A DNA stretch of 64,000 nt from NCBI GenBank assembly GCA_965209055.1, contig OZ242374.1, forward strand, positions 480,001 to 544,000. Direction: 5' to 3'. This document shows, one piece after another, positions 17,879 through 27,382 of this stretch. This DNA comes from Acidobacteriota bacterium. Its GTDB lineage: Bacteria > Acidobacteriota > UBA6911 > RPQK01 > JAJDTT01. Numbering within the stretch: position 1 is the stretch's first letter; each line of letters starts with the position of its first letter. The position numbers and the translations under genes are program-made. A model generated the notes under the pieces. The model was not told the DNA's origin and did no database searches. It worked only from the letters and a program-made list of their open reading frames with translations.

Positions 17879-19303
17879 ATGAATCACTCGAAAGCAGTGG
17901 CCACAAGCCTCTTGGCGTTGCTGGCCATGCCCCTCCTGCAACCGGGCCATTCACCGGCCCGAATTGGTAGTGAGCGCCAACTGTTCGTGGATCGATTTCT
18001 GATCGACCGCATGGACGGGGTCCGATTGAAGATGCACTCTCCCGTGCGACGGGAGGCCGCTCTTCGTATGGAGCACCCGTGGGAAGAGAAGGGTGTTTCC
18101 TACATGGTGGCCTTCAAGGACGGAGACCGGTTTCGGGCCTGGTACCGCGCCGACGCCGCCACTCATCGGACCGCCTACGCCGAGAGCAAGGACGGCATCA
18201 CCTGGGTGAAACCCATGATCGGTCCGATCCCGTTCGGGGACCGCAAGAAGACCAACCTGGTCTGGGAAGCGGAGAACCGGGCCGGCAACCTCTCGGTTCT
18301 CAAGGACCCGAACCCGGATGTGCCTCCCGGGGAACGGTACAAGGGGATCATCCGCGGCCGGAACCAGATCCGGGCATTGGTCTCGGAGGATGGGATTCAC
18401 TGGCGTCCGTTCCGGGAGAAGCCGCTGATCGACAGCTTTCCGGTCGACTCCCACAACATCCTGATCTGGGACCCGCAGCAGGAACGGTATGCCATCTACT
18501 TGCGCGGCATCCGAAAGGTCCCCGGCGTGGCGATCGACAACACCTCCTGGAAGGATCTGGGAGTCCGCTGGGTGCGCCGTTCGTTGTCCCGGGATTTTCG
18601 TAACTGGTCGGAGCCGCGGCTCATCGAATCGGGAAGCTCCCCCATCGAACAGTTCTACACCAACGACACCGTGGTCTACGAACGGGCGCCCAGCTACTTT
18701 CTCATGTTCCCGTCCCGCTTCGTGGTGGAGCGGGTGCCGGTTCCCGATTGGCCCGCCGGCTCCGGCGTCAACGACATTGTCCTGCTCTCCAGCCGGGACG
18801 GCATCAACTGGGACCGAACCTTCCGGGAGGCCTATCTGCGGCCAGGGCCCGATCCCAATACGTGGCACGAGCGGGCGCTGTACATGGAACACGGGATCCT
18901 GCAGACCGGACCCCGGGAACTGTCCATGTACGCCATGCACAACTGGAGAACGGACGACACTCACATCCGCCGGCTCAGTCTCCGAGTGGACGGGTTCGCC
19001 TCCGTCCACGGCGACTATGACGGCGGTATTCTCATCACCCGTCCCCTGGTCTTCGCGGGGAGCGAGCTGGAGATCAACTTCGCCACCTCCGCCGTGGGCA
19101 GCCTCCGCTTCGAGCTTCGGGACGGGAGCAACAATCCGCTTCCGGGCTTCGGACTACAGGACTGCGACGAGATCTACGGGGACGAGATCGACCGGGTGGT
19201 GAAGTGGAAGGGCGGCCCGGACGTCTCCTCCCTGGCGGGTCGTCCCGTCCGCCTCCACATCCGGTTGCAGGACGCCGACCTCTATTCCTTCCGCTTCCGG
19301 TAG
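17879..19303 (+). CDS. secreted beta-propeller glycoside hydrolase-like protein (LRxDGF family) 3
   Basis: MNHSKAVATSLLALLA signal; RQLFVD, ESKDGITW, DSHN, SRDGINW, LRVDGFAS, DADLYSFRFR. Confidence 0.8.
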   Translation: MNHSKAVATSLLALLAMPLLQPGHSPARIGSERQLFVDRFLIDRMDGVRLKMHSPVRREAALRMEHPWEEKGVSYMVAFKDGDRFRAWYRADAATHRTAYAESKDGITWVKPMIGPIPFGDRKKTNLVWEAENRAGNLSVLKDPNPDVPPGERYKGIIRGRNQIRALVSEDGIHWRPFREKPLIDSFPVDSHNILIWDPQQERYAIYLRGIRKVPGVAIDNTSWKDLGVRWVRRSLSRDFRNWSEPRLIESGSSPIEQFYTNDTVVYERAPSYFLMFPSRFVVERVPVPDWPAGSGVNDIVLLSSRDGINWDRTFREAYLRPGPDPNTWHERALYMEHGILQTGPRELSMYAMHNWRTDDTHIRRLSLRVDGFASVHGDYDGGILITRPLVFAGSELEINFATSAVGSLRFELRDGSNNPLPGFGLQDCDEIYGDEIDRVVKWKGGPDVSSLAGRPVRLHIRLQDADLYSFRFR

Positions 19304-19320
19304 AGCGGAATCGGAACCGG

Positions 19321-19818
19321 TCATCGAGGCCTCTCCGGCCAGACCGTGTCGGGGCTCACCGGCTCCGGTTGGTCGGGACCGAGATTGTCCGGATCCACGG
19401 CAGCCATCACGAAATTCTCCGGACGCACCGGAGAGCCGGCCAGGCGGCGAAGCATGGCGAGCTGTCCGGCATGGGTCATGGCGTCGGCGAACGGTCCCTG
19501 CAGGAGCCGTTCCCCGGTCGTTCCCTCCAGTTCGGTGCCGGCCACGAGGTGCTCCGACAAATCCTCCAGCATGTCATGGAATCGATTCACTTCCGCGGCA
19601 AGGTCCGGCAGCGGCTCCGGCCAATACCGGCCTCCCTCGAAAAACGTGCGCGCGTAGCCGAGAACGCTGGTCATGTGCCGGACCAGCTCGACCGGCGTCC
19701 GCACCTGATTGCCGGCCTGAAAGGCGCCGAAGGATTCCGGCGCACCCCGGAGTGCCTTCTGCGTCCGGTAGGCGAGCGCGGAGAGAAAATGCCGAAGCAT
19801 CGCGCGTTTGTCATTCAT
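19321..19818 (-). CDS. DinB/YfiT-like four-helix protein
   Basis: RTPVELVRHM and DAMTHAGQLAMLRRLAG carry the His pattern typical of the DinB superfamily. Confidence 0.75.
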   Translation of the reverse strand: MNDKRAMLRHFLSALAYRTQKALRGAPESFGAFQAGNQVRTPVELVRHMTSVLGYARTFFEGGRYWPEPLPDLAAEVNRFHDMLEDLSEHLVAGTELEGTTGERLLQGPFADAMTHAGQLAMLRRLAGSPVRPENFVMAAVDPDNLGPDQPEPVSPDTVWPERPR

Positions 19819-19896
19819 TGCGGTGGATCTCTTCTTGGTCTGACGGCTCTGCGATGCGCAGCAGAAAACTCACATGGCGCCGGTTGCTTGAATGGT

Positions 19897-20226
19897 TTAT
19901 CGCCTCGTGAACTGGGTTTCAAGGTTGTCGGAAATCCATTGATTCAAGCTCTTGCCGTCCTCTTTAGCCTGAACATAGACTCGGCGGTGGAGTTCAGCCG
20001 GAAGCCGCAGCGTCAGGCGGCCGGTAAATGGTTTGTCCGGATCTTCTCCGCACTGAGTGCAAAAATCCAGGTAGTCATCGATAGATTCACGAAATGCCTC
20101 CTCAAGACCCCTGACCGTGTCGCTCTCGAAAGTGATCACGTCGCGCGTGTCCAGCACCTCGCCATGGAATACGTGGGCTTCGGAGTCGTATTCGGCGTGG
20201 CCAACGTATCCTTTGTATTCCAGCAT
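19897..20226 (-). CDS. hicB: HicB family antitoxin
   Basis: MLEYKGY...FHGEVL..RDVITF...AFRESIDDYL...PDKPFTG.LTLR.P.ELH...SLNQW. Confidence 0.92.
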   Translation of the reverse strand: MLEYKGYVGHAEYDSEAHVFHGEVLDTRDVITFESDTVRGLEEAFRESIDDYLDFCTQCGEDPDKPFTGRLTLRLPAELHRRVYVQAKEDGKSLNQWISDNLETQFTRR

Positions 20227-20495
20227 TATTCCTCCTCCGGCCCGATCCCGGCCGTTTTCAAGAATCTTTGAACGGACCTGAGCGCACCCTTGCCGACTTC
20301 CTTCCGAGGATGCGGACGATGGAACACCGCACGAACTCCATTCAGGTGCACACGGATGCGGGAACCCCGCCCTTCCGATAACCTCGCACCAAGCGCCAAC
20401 AACAACTTCTCGATACGCGACCAGGCCAAGCCGGCGCGCGTCGGCCGCTCAAAAATCTCATTCAGTGTTTTCCGATGTCGACCTGCTGAGGCTAT
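20226..20495 (-). CDS. hicA: HicA family toxin; canonical start codon apparently absent (ATA at 20495, first TTG at 20429)
   Basis: RHRKTLNEIFERPTRAGLAWSRIEKLL..LGA...EGRGSR...FHRPHP.KE; in-frame TAA at 20507-20505 upstream. Confidence 0.8.
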   Translation of the reverse strand: MASAGRHRKTLNEIFERPTRAGLAWSRIEKLLLALGARLSEGRGSRIRVHLNGVRAVFHRPHPRKEVGKGALRSVQRFLKTAGIGPEEE

Positions 20496-20531
20496 GGTGT
20501 CATATTATGACACCATAGCCTCAGTTTGCAA
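20486..20531 (-). promoter_or_regulatory. hicAB promoter overlapped by a perfect 39-bp palindrome (probable HicB operator)
   Basis: Minus strand TTGCAA (20531-20526), 16 bp, TGtCATAAT (-10 at 20509-20504); 19-bp arms 20486-20504 and 20506-20524. Confidence 0.7.
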
Positions 20532-20597
20532 GTGTAAATGTCGGGACATCGAGGAAACGCAGTCCTCGGTGGATCGAAAAGGCTCAGGCGACCGGCT

Positions 20598-21599
20598 TCA
20601 GAGCTTGAGTTCGTTTTCTACCCTTACCCTCCGTCCCTCCGCCCGCCGGGAGATGTCGGCGCCGATCATGATACGGCACACGGCCACCGTGTCTTTCATC
20701 AGCTCCACGGGGCGCTTTCCCGTCCGGACCATGGACGTGAAGTCGCCGAGCAGGCTCCGCATCATGAAGAAGGGGTCGTCGGCCGGCAGCACCAAGTGTC
20801 CCCCGGTTCCGTGGAGCGACATTTCCAACGTCTTGGCCAGGGGATGCAGGACCTGCAGATGGGCGCGGCGCCGGTTCGACCAGGTCACCTCCACCGACCA
20901 GTCTCCCCCTTGGACCTGGTGCCGGTTCCCGGCGCCGTCCCGCCAAAGAACGGTCTTGAGAGGTCCGGATTCTCCCAGAAAGGCGACGCTCACGGGTTCC
21001 CGGCCCCAGAGTTGAACCAGGGTCTCTCCCATGTGCCAGCCGTAGCCGAACCAGTCCATGGCCGACAGGCCTCGGAACAGGCGGGCCGTCCCCACCGGGC
21101 CGGGTTCCGACTTGAATTCCCGGAGCGCCGGATTGTAGCGCAGGTTGGAGCAGCTCATAAGCGGGTAGTCCTCTCCCGCCTCGCTCCACAGTTGCCGCAT
21201 CGTTTCCCAGCGGCTGACCAGGGGCCGGTCGAAGAAGATGGGGATGCCGCGTTCCAGGAAAGGCCGGGCCAGGGGAAGGTGGGTGTCTCCCTCGTTTTCG
21301 GTGATGAGGACGCCGTCCACTCCGTCCAGGAGGTCCTCCGGCCGATCCGCCACGTGGGGAATCCGCCCGATCCAGGCGGCGTGTTCCGCCTTGCGGCGGT
21401 CCTCGGCCCAGATCGACACCACCCTGGCCCCGGAGAGCCGCCGGTTCTCAGGCGGTTGGGCCTCCAGGTAGCGAACGATGTTGGGGTAGGCCTCTTTCAA
21501 TCCCTCCCGGTCGTAGCCGTTGCAGAAGGCGGACATGGAATAGGGATGGCCATGGGAGACCCCCAGGATGCCCAGACGTAGATCCGTACCCGGCGGCAT
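20598..21599 (-). CDS. Gfo/Idh/MocA family oxidoreductase
   Basis: LRLGILGVSHGHP, VDGVLI...HLPLARPFLERGIPIFFDRPL, YGWH motifs. Confidence 0.75.
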   Translation of the reverse strand: MPPGTDLRLGILGVSHGHPYSMSAFCNGYDREGLKEAYPNIVRYLEAQPPENRRLSGARVVSIWAEDRRKAEHAAWIGRIPHVADRPEDLLDGVDGVLITENEGDTHLPLARPFLERGIPIFFDRPLVSRWETMRQLWSEAGEDYPLMSCSNLRYNPALREFKSEPGPVGTARLFRGLSAMDWFGYGWHMGETLVQLWGREPVSVAFLGESGPLKTVLWRDGAGNRHQVQGGDWSVEVTWSNRRRAHLQVLHPLAKTLEMSLHGTGGHLVLPADDPFFMMRSLLGDFTSMVRTGKRPVELMKDTVAVCRIMIGADISRRAEGRRVRVENELKL

Positions 21600-21610
21600 G
21601 CCGTCACCCG

Positions 21611-23269
21611 TTACTGAAATTGAAAGGCGAAGATCTTGGCCCGCCGCAGTTGAAATCGAAGCCGGACCGGTTCCCCGGCCAGATCCTTCAGATTCCGGCG
21701 GTTTCTCCAGGTGACGGTGTGCGCGATCGAGTTTCCCCGGAAGGCGTCGCAATCCTCCCGGCCGAATCCCGCCACCGGTTCCCCCGTCGAGGCATCCAGA
21801 ACCTCGACCGTGACTCGCCCCTCGTCGCCCGCGGTCCGGGCGTTGATCTCCAGTCGTTCCCCATCGAAAACCAGGGGCTTGGTGGTGAACTCCCCGTCCC
21901 CGGCCGTCAGCGAGACGAATCCGTCCAGGCGCAACTTGGCCAGGTTGATGCTGCTCTCCTCGTTCTCCCCTCGCGGAAGCGCCCAGTGACCCTTACGGTA
22001 GCCGATGTAGTAGAGCCAGATCTCTCCCAGGTCTCTCCGCACCACCGGCAACTGGGCCATGTAGACCATCCCCGCATCGTAGGTGTCGGCGGACCCGACC
22101 GGCAGGAACGGACGGCCGTTCCCCAACCGGCGCCACTTCCGGCCGTCCCGGCTGGCGACCAATTGGATGTCCACGGTATCCAGCCACGGCGTCCGGGCGG
22201 TTCCCCGGACCGGGGGGATCCCCGGCTCCATCCCGCTGCAGATGTGGTAGCGGGTCAGAAAGGCCACGTACTGGTTCTCGTACGGCAGGCACTCCAAGGT
22301 GTAGAAGCCTCCGGTGCAGGGAGCGTCCCTCTCGTCGGGCGGGATCAGGAGGTAGGGCCGGTTGACCTCCACCGGGTCCTTCATCCCCCGGGGCGCGTCC
22401 CACTTCAGGAAATCGGGACTGGTGGCGATGCCGGGAGCCCGTACGCGGCCCTCTCGCGCCAGGAATCGGGAATCGCCTTCGAAGAGGGGAGGCCAGAGCC
22501 GAATGTGGGCCACGTACCGGCTTCGGGCCTGGTCCCAGAACACCACCTGGTGGGTGTCGTTGTTCATGTAGACGGGATTGACTTGGGGACTGGGATAGTT
22601 GGTCCAGCGGATCCCGTCGGGCGAATGGGCCGCCCAGACACCCCCCTTGACGGTCTCGGCGTGGAATCCCTCCTGCCCCGGCTTGAGCGAGGGACGCCGG
22701 TAGAGCATCTTGTAGCGCTTCTCCGGGTCCTTTTCGTGGGGATCCTTGAACACTCCCGGCGCCCGGACTCCTCCCGGCTTGCCGAAGACGAAATTGTGCT
22801 CCCGGGAGGACCGCCCTCTGCAGAATGGCGAACGGAAGTCGAACTGCCCCACCGCCGGCGCCTCCCAGTCGATGCCGTTGACGGAGGTGTAATACCCCAG
22901 AAGGTTCTCCTTCCAGAGATAGTCCACCACCTGGTTCCACATCTTGTAGATCTTCTCTTCCCGGTCGTAGATCAGGTTGCTGTGTCCGAAATCCATGTCG
23001 GCGCCCCAGCAGCGGTCCATCTGCAGGACGGGGTTTCCGGCGTATTTCAGCGGTTGATTGACCAGCGAATAGACGCCTCGCCGGGACGCCACGATCCGGT
23101 CGTCCAGGAAGAGCTGCTTCTGCTTACCGATCTGAACCGGTTCCGGCCCGGCCGCCATGGCGATCCCGCCGCCAGTCCAGAGAAAACAGGCCAAAAGACA
23201 CGCCGGAAGGCGCACAGGTCCCGATCGCGGGAGTGCGACCGGGGTTGAATCCGACTTGGAAACGTTCAT
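21611..23269 (-). CDS. secreted beta-propeller glycoside hydrolase-like protein (LRxDGF family) 4
   Basis: KQLFLDD, SPDGIRW, NDTHQ, SRDGRKW, EIWLYY, LRLDGFVSL, IFAFQF; start uncertain. Confidence 0.8.
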   Translation of the reverse strand: MNVSKSDSTPVALPRSGPVRLPACLLACFLWTGGGIAMAAGPEPVQIGKQKQLFLDDRIVASRRGVYSLVNQPLKYAGNPVLQMDRCWGADMDFGHSNLIYDREEKIYKMWNQVVDYLWKENLLGYYTSVNGIDWEAPAVGQFDFRSPFCRGRSSREHNFVFGKPGGVRAPGVFKDPHEKDPEKRYKMLYRRPSLKPGQEGFHAETVKGGVWAAHSPDGIRWTNYPSPQVNPVYMNNDTHQVVFWDQARSRYVAHIRLWPPLFEGDSRFLAREGRVRAPGIATSPDFLKWDAPRGMKDPVEVNRPYLLIPPDERDAPCTGGFYTLECLPYENQYVAFLTRYHICSGMEPGIPPVRGTARTPWLDTVDIQLVASRDGRKWRRLGNGRPFLPVGSADTYDAGMVYMAQLPVVRRDLGEIWLYYIGYRKGHWALPRGENEESSINLAKLRLDGFVSLTAGDGEFTTKPLVFDGERLEINARTAGDEGRVTVEVLDASTGEPVAGFGREDCDAFRGNSIAHTVTWRNRRNLKDLAGEPVRLRFQLRRAKIFAFQFQ

Positions 23270-23355
23270 GGCGAACCTCTCGAGACAAGTCTGCGGAGGG
23301 ACCGATCCGGATCGACGCACGGCACGGGCGCCCTCCGGCACCGACTCTGCATCGG

Positions 23356-24138
23356 CTACATGGCCGTATACCCTCCGTCGACGACCAGGTTGGCTCCGGT
23401 CACGTAGCTGGACGCATCCGACGCCAGGTACAGGATGGCGGCGGCGACGTCCCGCGCTTCGGCCATCCGGTTCAGCATGGTGCGGGCGCTGTAGCGCCGG
23501 ACGAACTCATCCGTGGCCGGCAGGATCCGGATACCCCCCGGACTGACGCAGTTGCATCGCACCTGGGCCGGTCCGTAGTAGCTGGCCACGAACCGGGTGA
23601 AATTGATCATGCCCCCTTTGTGAAAAAAGTAGTCGGGAACGAAGGGACTGCGGTCCAGGCCCTGGTACAGGCTCCGGTCGGGTCCGATCCGGCCGTGAAT
23701 CGAGGCCACGTTGACGATGGAGCCTCCGCCGCGCTCCGCCATCACATCGCCGAACGTCCGCGTCACGGAGAAGAGGCCGGTCGCGTTGACCTGCATGCTC
23801 CGGGAGAAGCGCATGGGATCGTCGGTCCAATCCCCCATGCTCCGGCCCACCGCGGCATTGACCAGAACATCCAGCCCGCCTTCCCGATCCAGAACGGCGG
23901 TCTTCAGATCCCGGATCGACTGCTCGTCCCCCTGGTCCAACGGGACCGGAATCACCGGCAGGCCCCGTTCGGCCAGCCCGTCGGCCACGGTCCGCATCCG
24001 GTCCGCCCGGAGGTCGCCCCCGTAGACCGTCGCCCCGGCTTCGGCCAGTCCCTGGATGAAGGCCGGCGCGTGCCGCCCCGCCCCGCCGGTCACGAGCGCC
24101 ACTTTGCCCTTCAGGGAGAAGCTGTCGAGTATTCCCAT
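23356..24138 (-). CDS. short-chain dehydrogenase/reductase
   Basis: LKGKVALVTGGAGRH, DVLVNAA, IVNVAS, YxxxK (YFFHK), VRCNCVSPGG, VDGGY. Confidence 0.92.
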   Translation of the reverse strand: MGILDSFSLKGKVALVTGGAGRHAPAFIQGLAEAGATVYGGDLRADRMRTVADGLAERGLPVIPVPLDQGDEQSIRDLKTAVLDREGGLDVLVNAAVGRSMGDWTDDPMRFSRSMQVNATGLFSVTRTFGDVMAERGGGSIVNVASIHGRIGPDRSLYQGLDRSPFVPDYFFHKGGMINFTRFVASYYGPAQVRCNCVSPGGIRILPATDEFVRRYSARTMLNRMAEARDVAAAILYLASDASSYVTGANLVVDGGYTAM

Positions 24139-24152
24139 GTTCAGACGCGGAG

Positions 24153-25673
24153 TCAGCGAAAGCGAAGGGCGAAGAGGTCGGCGTCCCGGAGCGCAAAACG
24201 CAGCCGCAACGGACGGCCCGCCAGGGAGGAGACGTCGGGCCCTCCCTTCCAACGGACTTCCCTTTCCAGCTCGTCGCCGAAGACCACGGAGCAGTCGTCG
24301 AGGCCGAAACCTTCCAGGGGAGTTCCCGCCGCGTCCTGCAGTTCCACCCGGATGCTCCCGGCGGCCGAAGTCGAGAAGTTGAGGGTGAGTCGCCCGCCCT
24401 CGAAGACGAGAGGCCGGGTGACGATCTCGCCCCCCGCCATGGGAGCCGTCACCGCCACGAAGCCGTCGATTCGAAGGGTATAGCGGCGGATATTGGTGCT
24501 GTTCCCCCTCCAGTAGCCCTCGTTCACATAGACGGAGAGCTCATTGGGCGCTCCCTCCATATGGCTTCGGGTCTCCACCAGACCCCAGTTCTGATAGTTG
24601 TCCCCGTAGACCCAGTTGTCCACCGGCCTCAGTCCGGGACGAACGAAGGCCTCCTGCCAGCGCCGGAAACTGGTCCGGTCCCGTCCGGCCATGAAGATGC
24701 CCTCCGTCAGTGCCGTGCCGAACCGGACATGGACCCCCGCTCTCAGTCGCCGGTGCTCCTGCTCGGAAAGGGCCTTCATCGAATCGGTCCATCCCCACTC
24801 GACGTAGCGGGTGGGAAAGCCCAAAAGGATGTGGGGAGCCCGGTAGTAGGGCAGGATCTGGTTGGTGTAGAGCTCCTCGTCAGGCGCACCCGGGTAGCTG
24901 AGCGTGACGGGATCGGTCCAGTCCAGAAAGTCCCGGGAAGTACCGGTCAGGATGTCGCGGATGCCGCGCCTTCCGCCGGGGTCGCCGTCAAGCTTCCTGA
25001 AGTACCGGTGGTACTCGCGGTACTCGCGGCGCACCGGATCCCAGAAGGCCAGGTTCTGGGAATCGAAGGCGCCCTTGGTGATGACCGGCCGGTCGGCCAT
25101 GAGATCCCAGTGGATGCCGTCGGGAGACTTCCAGGCGTAGAGTCCCCGTGACTCGCTCCCGCTGGACAGCGCCTTGTAGCGGGCGGCCGGAGCGGCCGCC
25201 GGATTCGCATCCTTGAACGGCACGAAATTGTGAATCGTGCCGCCCACGGGAATCCGGTCCAGAATGATGTTGTTGGATTTCGACCCTTCGAACTCCACCA
25301 GACCCAGATTGGGACGGTACCAGCGGATCCCGTCCAGGCTCTCCACGTAGCAGACCACCTCGCGATGCCCGAGTTTCAGGGTTTCGCCCGTGATGAATTG
25401 GGATCCGCGGTAGTACATGCGATAGCGGCCGTCGTCCTGAAAGACGGTGAAGTAACCGCACGCGTTGCCCTCCCAACTCCGATCGGTCACCAGGACCACC
25501 TCCCTGGGTTCGGGCCGCCGAAGTTCGAGCCGGGCGGCTCCCCGGGTCTTCTCGATCAGCCGGTCGTCCACGAACAGCTCGAGGCGCGACCCGATCTCCA
25601 GTCCCGCATCTTGGCCCCGGACGGAAACACCGTTCCAGAACAGGAGGACGAACAGGATCACTCGCAATGGCAT
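24153..25673 (-). CDS. secreted beta-propeller glycoside hydrolase-like protein (LRxDGF family) 5
   Basis: Signal peptide; LELFVDD, YRMYYRG, FDSQNLAFWD, LYTNQI, LRIDGFVAV. Confidence 0.82.
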   Translation of the reverse strand: MPLRVILFVLLFWNGVSVRGQDAGLEIGSRLELFVDDRLIEKTRGAARLELRRPEPREVVLVTDRSWEGNACGYFTVFQDDGRYRMYYRGSQFITGETLKLGHREVVCYVESLDGIRWYRPNLGLVEFEGSKSNNIILDRIPVGGTIHNFVPFKDANPAAAPAARYKALSSGSESRGLYAWKSPDGIHWDLMADRPVITKGAFDSQNLAFWDPVRREYREYHRYFRKLDGDPGGRRGIRDILTGTSRDFLDWTDPVTLSYPGAPDEELYTNQILPYYRAPHILLGFPTRYVEWGWTDSMKALSEQEHRRLRAGVHVRFGTALTEGIFMAGRDRTSFRRWQEAFVRPGLRPVDNWVYGDNYQNWGLVETRSHMEGAPNELSVYVNEGYWRGNSTNIRRYTLRIDGFVAVTAPMAGGEIVTRPLVFEGGRLTLNFSTSAAGSIRVELQDAAGTPLEGFGLDDCSVVFGDELEREVRWKGGPDVSSLAGRPLRLRFALRDADLFALRFR

Positions 25674-25708
25674 GATGAGTCTCCTTGTGCCGATGGTTCA
25701 GGTCGACG

Positions 25709-27229
25709 TCACCGGAATCGGAGGGCGAACAGGTCCGCGTCCCGGAGCGCGAAGCGCAGCCGCACCGGACGGCCCGCCAGGGAGGAGACGTCGGGCCCTC
25801 CCTTCCACCGGACCTCCCTTTCCAGCTCGTCGCCGAAGACCACGGAGCAGTCGTCGAGGCCGAAACCTTCCAGTGGGGTACCCGACGCATCCTGCAGCTC
25901 CACCCGGATGCTTCCGGCGGCCGACGTCGAGAAGTTGAGGGTGAGTCGCCCGCCCTCGAAGACGAGAGGCCGGGTGACGATCTCGCCCCCCGCCATGGGA
26001 GCCGTCACCGCCACGAAACCGTCGATTCGAAGGGTATGGCGTCGGAGTTTGGTTCCGTCCCCCCTCCAGTAACTCTCGTTGACATAGACCGAGAGTTCAT
26101 TGGGAGCTCCTTCGATGTGGCTTCGGGTCTCCACGATGCCCCAGTTCTGAAAGTTGTCCCCATAGACCCAATTGTCCACCGGCCTCAGCCCCGGACGGAT
26201 GTAGGCCTCCTCCCAGCGGTGAAAGCGGATCCGGTCCCGGCCGGCCATGAAGAGGCCCTCGGTCAGAGCCGTGCCGTAACGAATATGGACTCCGGCTCGC
26301 AGGCGCCGGTGCTCCAACTCGGGAAGGGCTCTCATGGAATCGGACCATCCCAGCTCGATGTAGCGGCTGGGAAAGCCCAACAGGATGTGTGGAGCCCGGT
26401 GGTAGGGCCGGATCTGGTTGGTGTAGAGCTCCTCGTCAGGCGCGCCGGGATAGCGGAGCCAGACCGGCTCGGTCCAGTTCAGAAAGTCCTGGGACGTGCC
26501 GGTCAAAACGTCGCGGAGCCCGCGATGTCCCTCCGGCAACCCGGGGGCCTTTCTGAATTCCCGGTGGTACTCGCGATACTCGCCGCGCACCGAATCCCAG
26601 AAGGCCAGGTTCTGAGAATCGAAATAACCCTTGGTGATGACGGGCCGGTCGGACATGAGCTCCCAGTGGATGCCGTCGGGAGACTTCCAGGCGTAGAGCC
26701 CCCGTTCCGGACTCCCTCTCGACACGGCCTTGTAGCGGACGTCCGGCGCCGCCGCGGGGTTGGCGTCCTTGAAGGGGACGAAATTGTGAACCGATCCGCC
26801 CACGGGAAGCCGGTCCAGAATGATGTTGTTGGCTTTGGACCCTTCGAACTCCACCATGCCCAGGTTGGGTCGGTACCAGCGAATCCCGTCCAGGCTCTCG
26901 GCGTAGCAGATCACCTCTCGATGCGGACGCGCCAGCCTCTTGCCGGTCTCGAAGTGGGACCCCCGGTAATACATGCGGTAGCGGCCGTCGTCCTGGAATA
27001 CGGTGAAGTGGCCGCACGCATTCCCTTCCCAGCTCCGGTCGGTCACCAGGACGACCTCCCTGGGAACGGGCCGGCGGAGCTCCACCCGGGCGTCCCCGCG
27101 GGTCTCCTCGATCAGGGCGTCATCCACGAACAGCTCCAGCCGGGAGCCGATTTCCAGTCCTGAATCCTGGGCCCAAACGGAAGCGCTGCTCCAGGCCAGG
27201 AATGCGAACATAGTTACTGGTACCCGCAT
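25709..27229 (-). CDS. secreted beta-propeller glycoside hydrolase-like protein (LRxDGF family) 6
   Basis: Close tandem paralog of 24153-25673; RBS GAAGGAG before ATG 27229. Confidence 0.82.
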   Translation of the reverse strand: MRVPVTMFAFLAWSSASVWAQDSGLEIGSRLELFVDDALIEETRGDARVELRRPVPREVVLVTDRSWEGNACGHFTVFQDDGRYRMYYRGSHFETGKRLARPHREVICYAESLDGIRWYRPNLGMVEFEGSKANNIILDRLPVGGSVHNFVPFKDANPAAAPDVRYKAVSRGSPERGLYAWKSPDGIHWELMSDRPVITKGYFDSQNLAFWDSVRGEYREYHREFRKAPGLPEGHRGLRDVLTGTSQDFLNWTEPVWLRYPGAPDEELYTNQIRPYHRAPHILLGFPSRYIELGWSDSMRALPELEHRRLRAGVHIRYGTALTEGLFMAGRDRIRFHRWEEAYIRPGLRPVDNWVYGDNFQNWGIVETRSHIEGAPNELSVYVNESYWRGDGTKLRRHTLRIDGFVAVTAPMAGGEIVTRPLVFEGGRLTLNFSTSAAGSIRVELQDASGTPLEGFGLDDCSVVFGDELEREVRWKGGPDVSSLAGRPVRLRFALRDADLFALRFR

Positions 27230-27382
27230 GATGGCTCCTTCGGTTCCGGTGGAAGGGTGGGATCTTTCCGGAAAACCTATCACAGCCCGGTTTCCGGGAC
27301 CAACGAGAAGGAGGAATGGCGGGGAGACTTCAAGGCCGATTATTGGGCGCCCGTCACTGTCCCGACTATGATGGAGAGCCGG

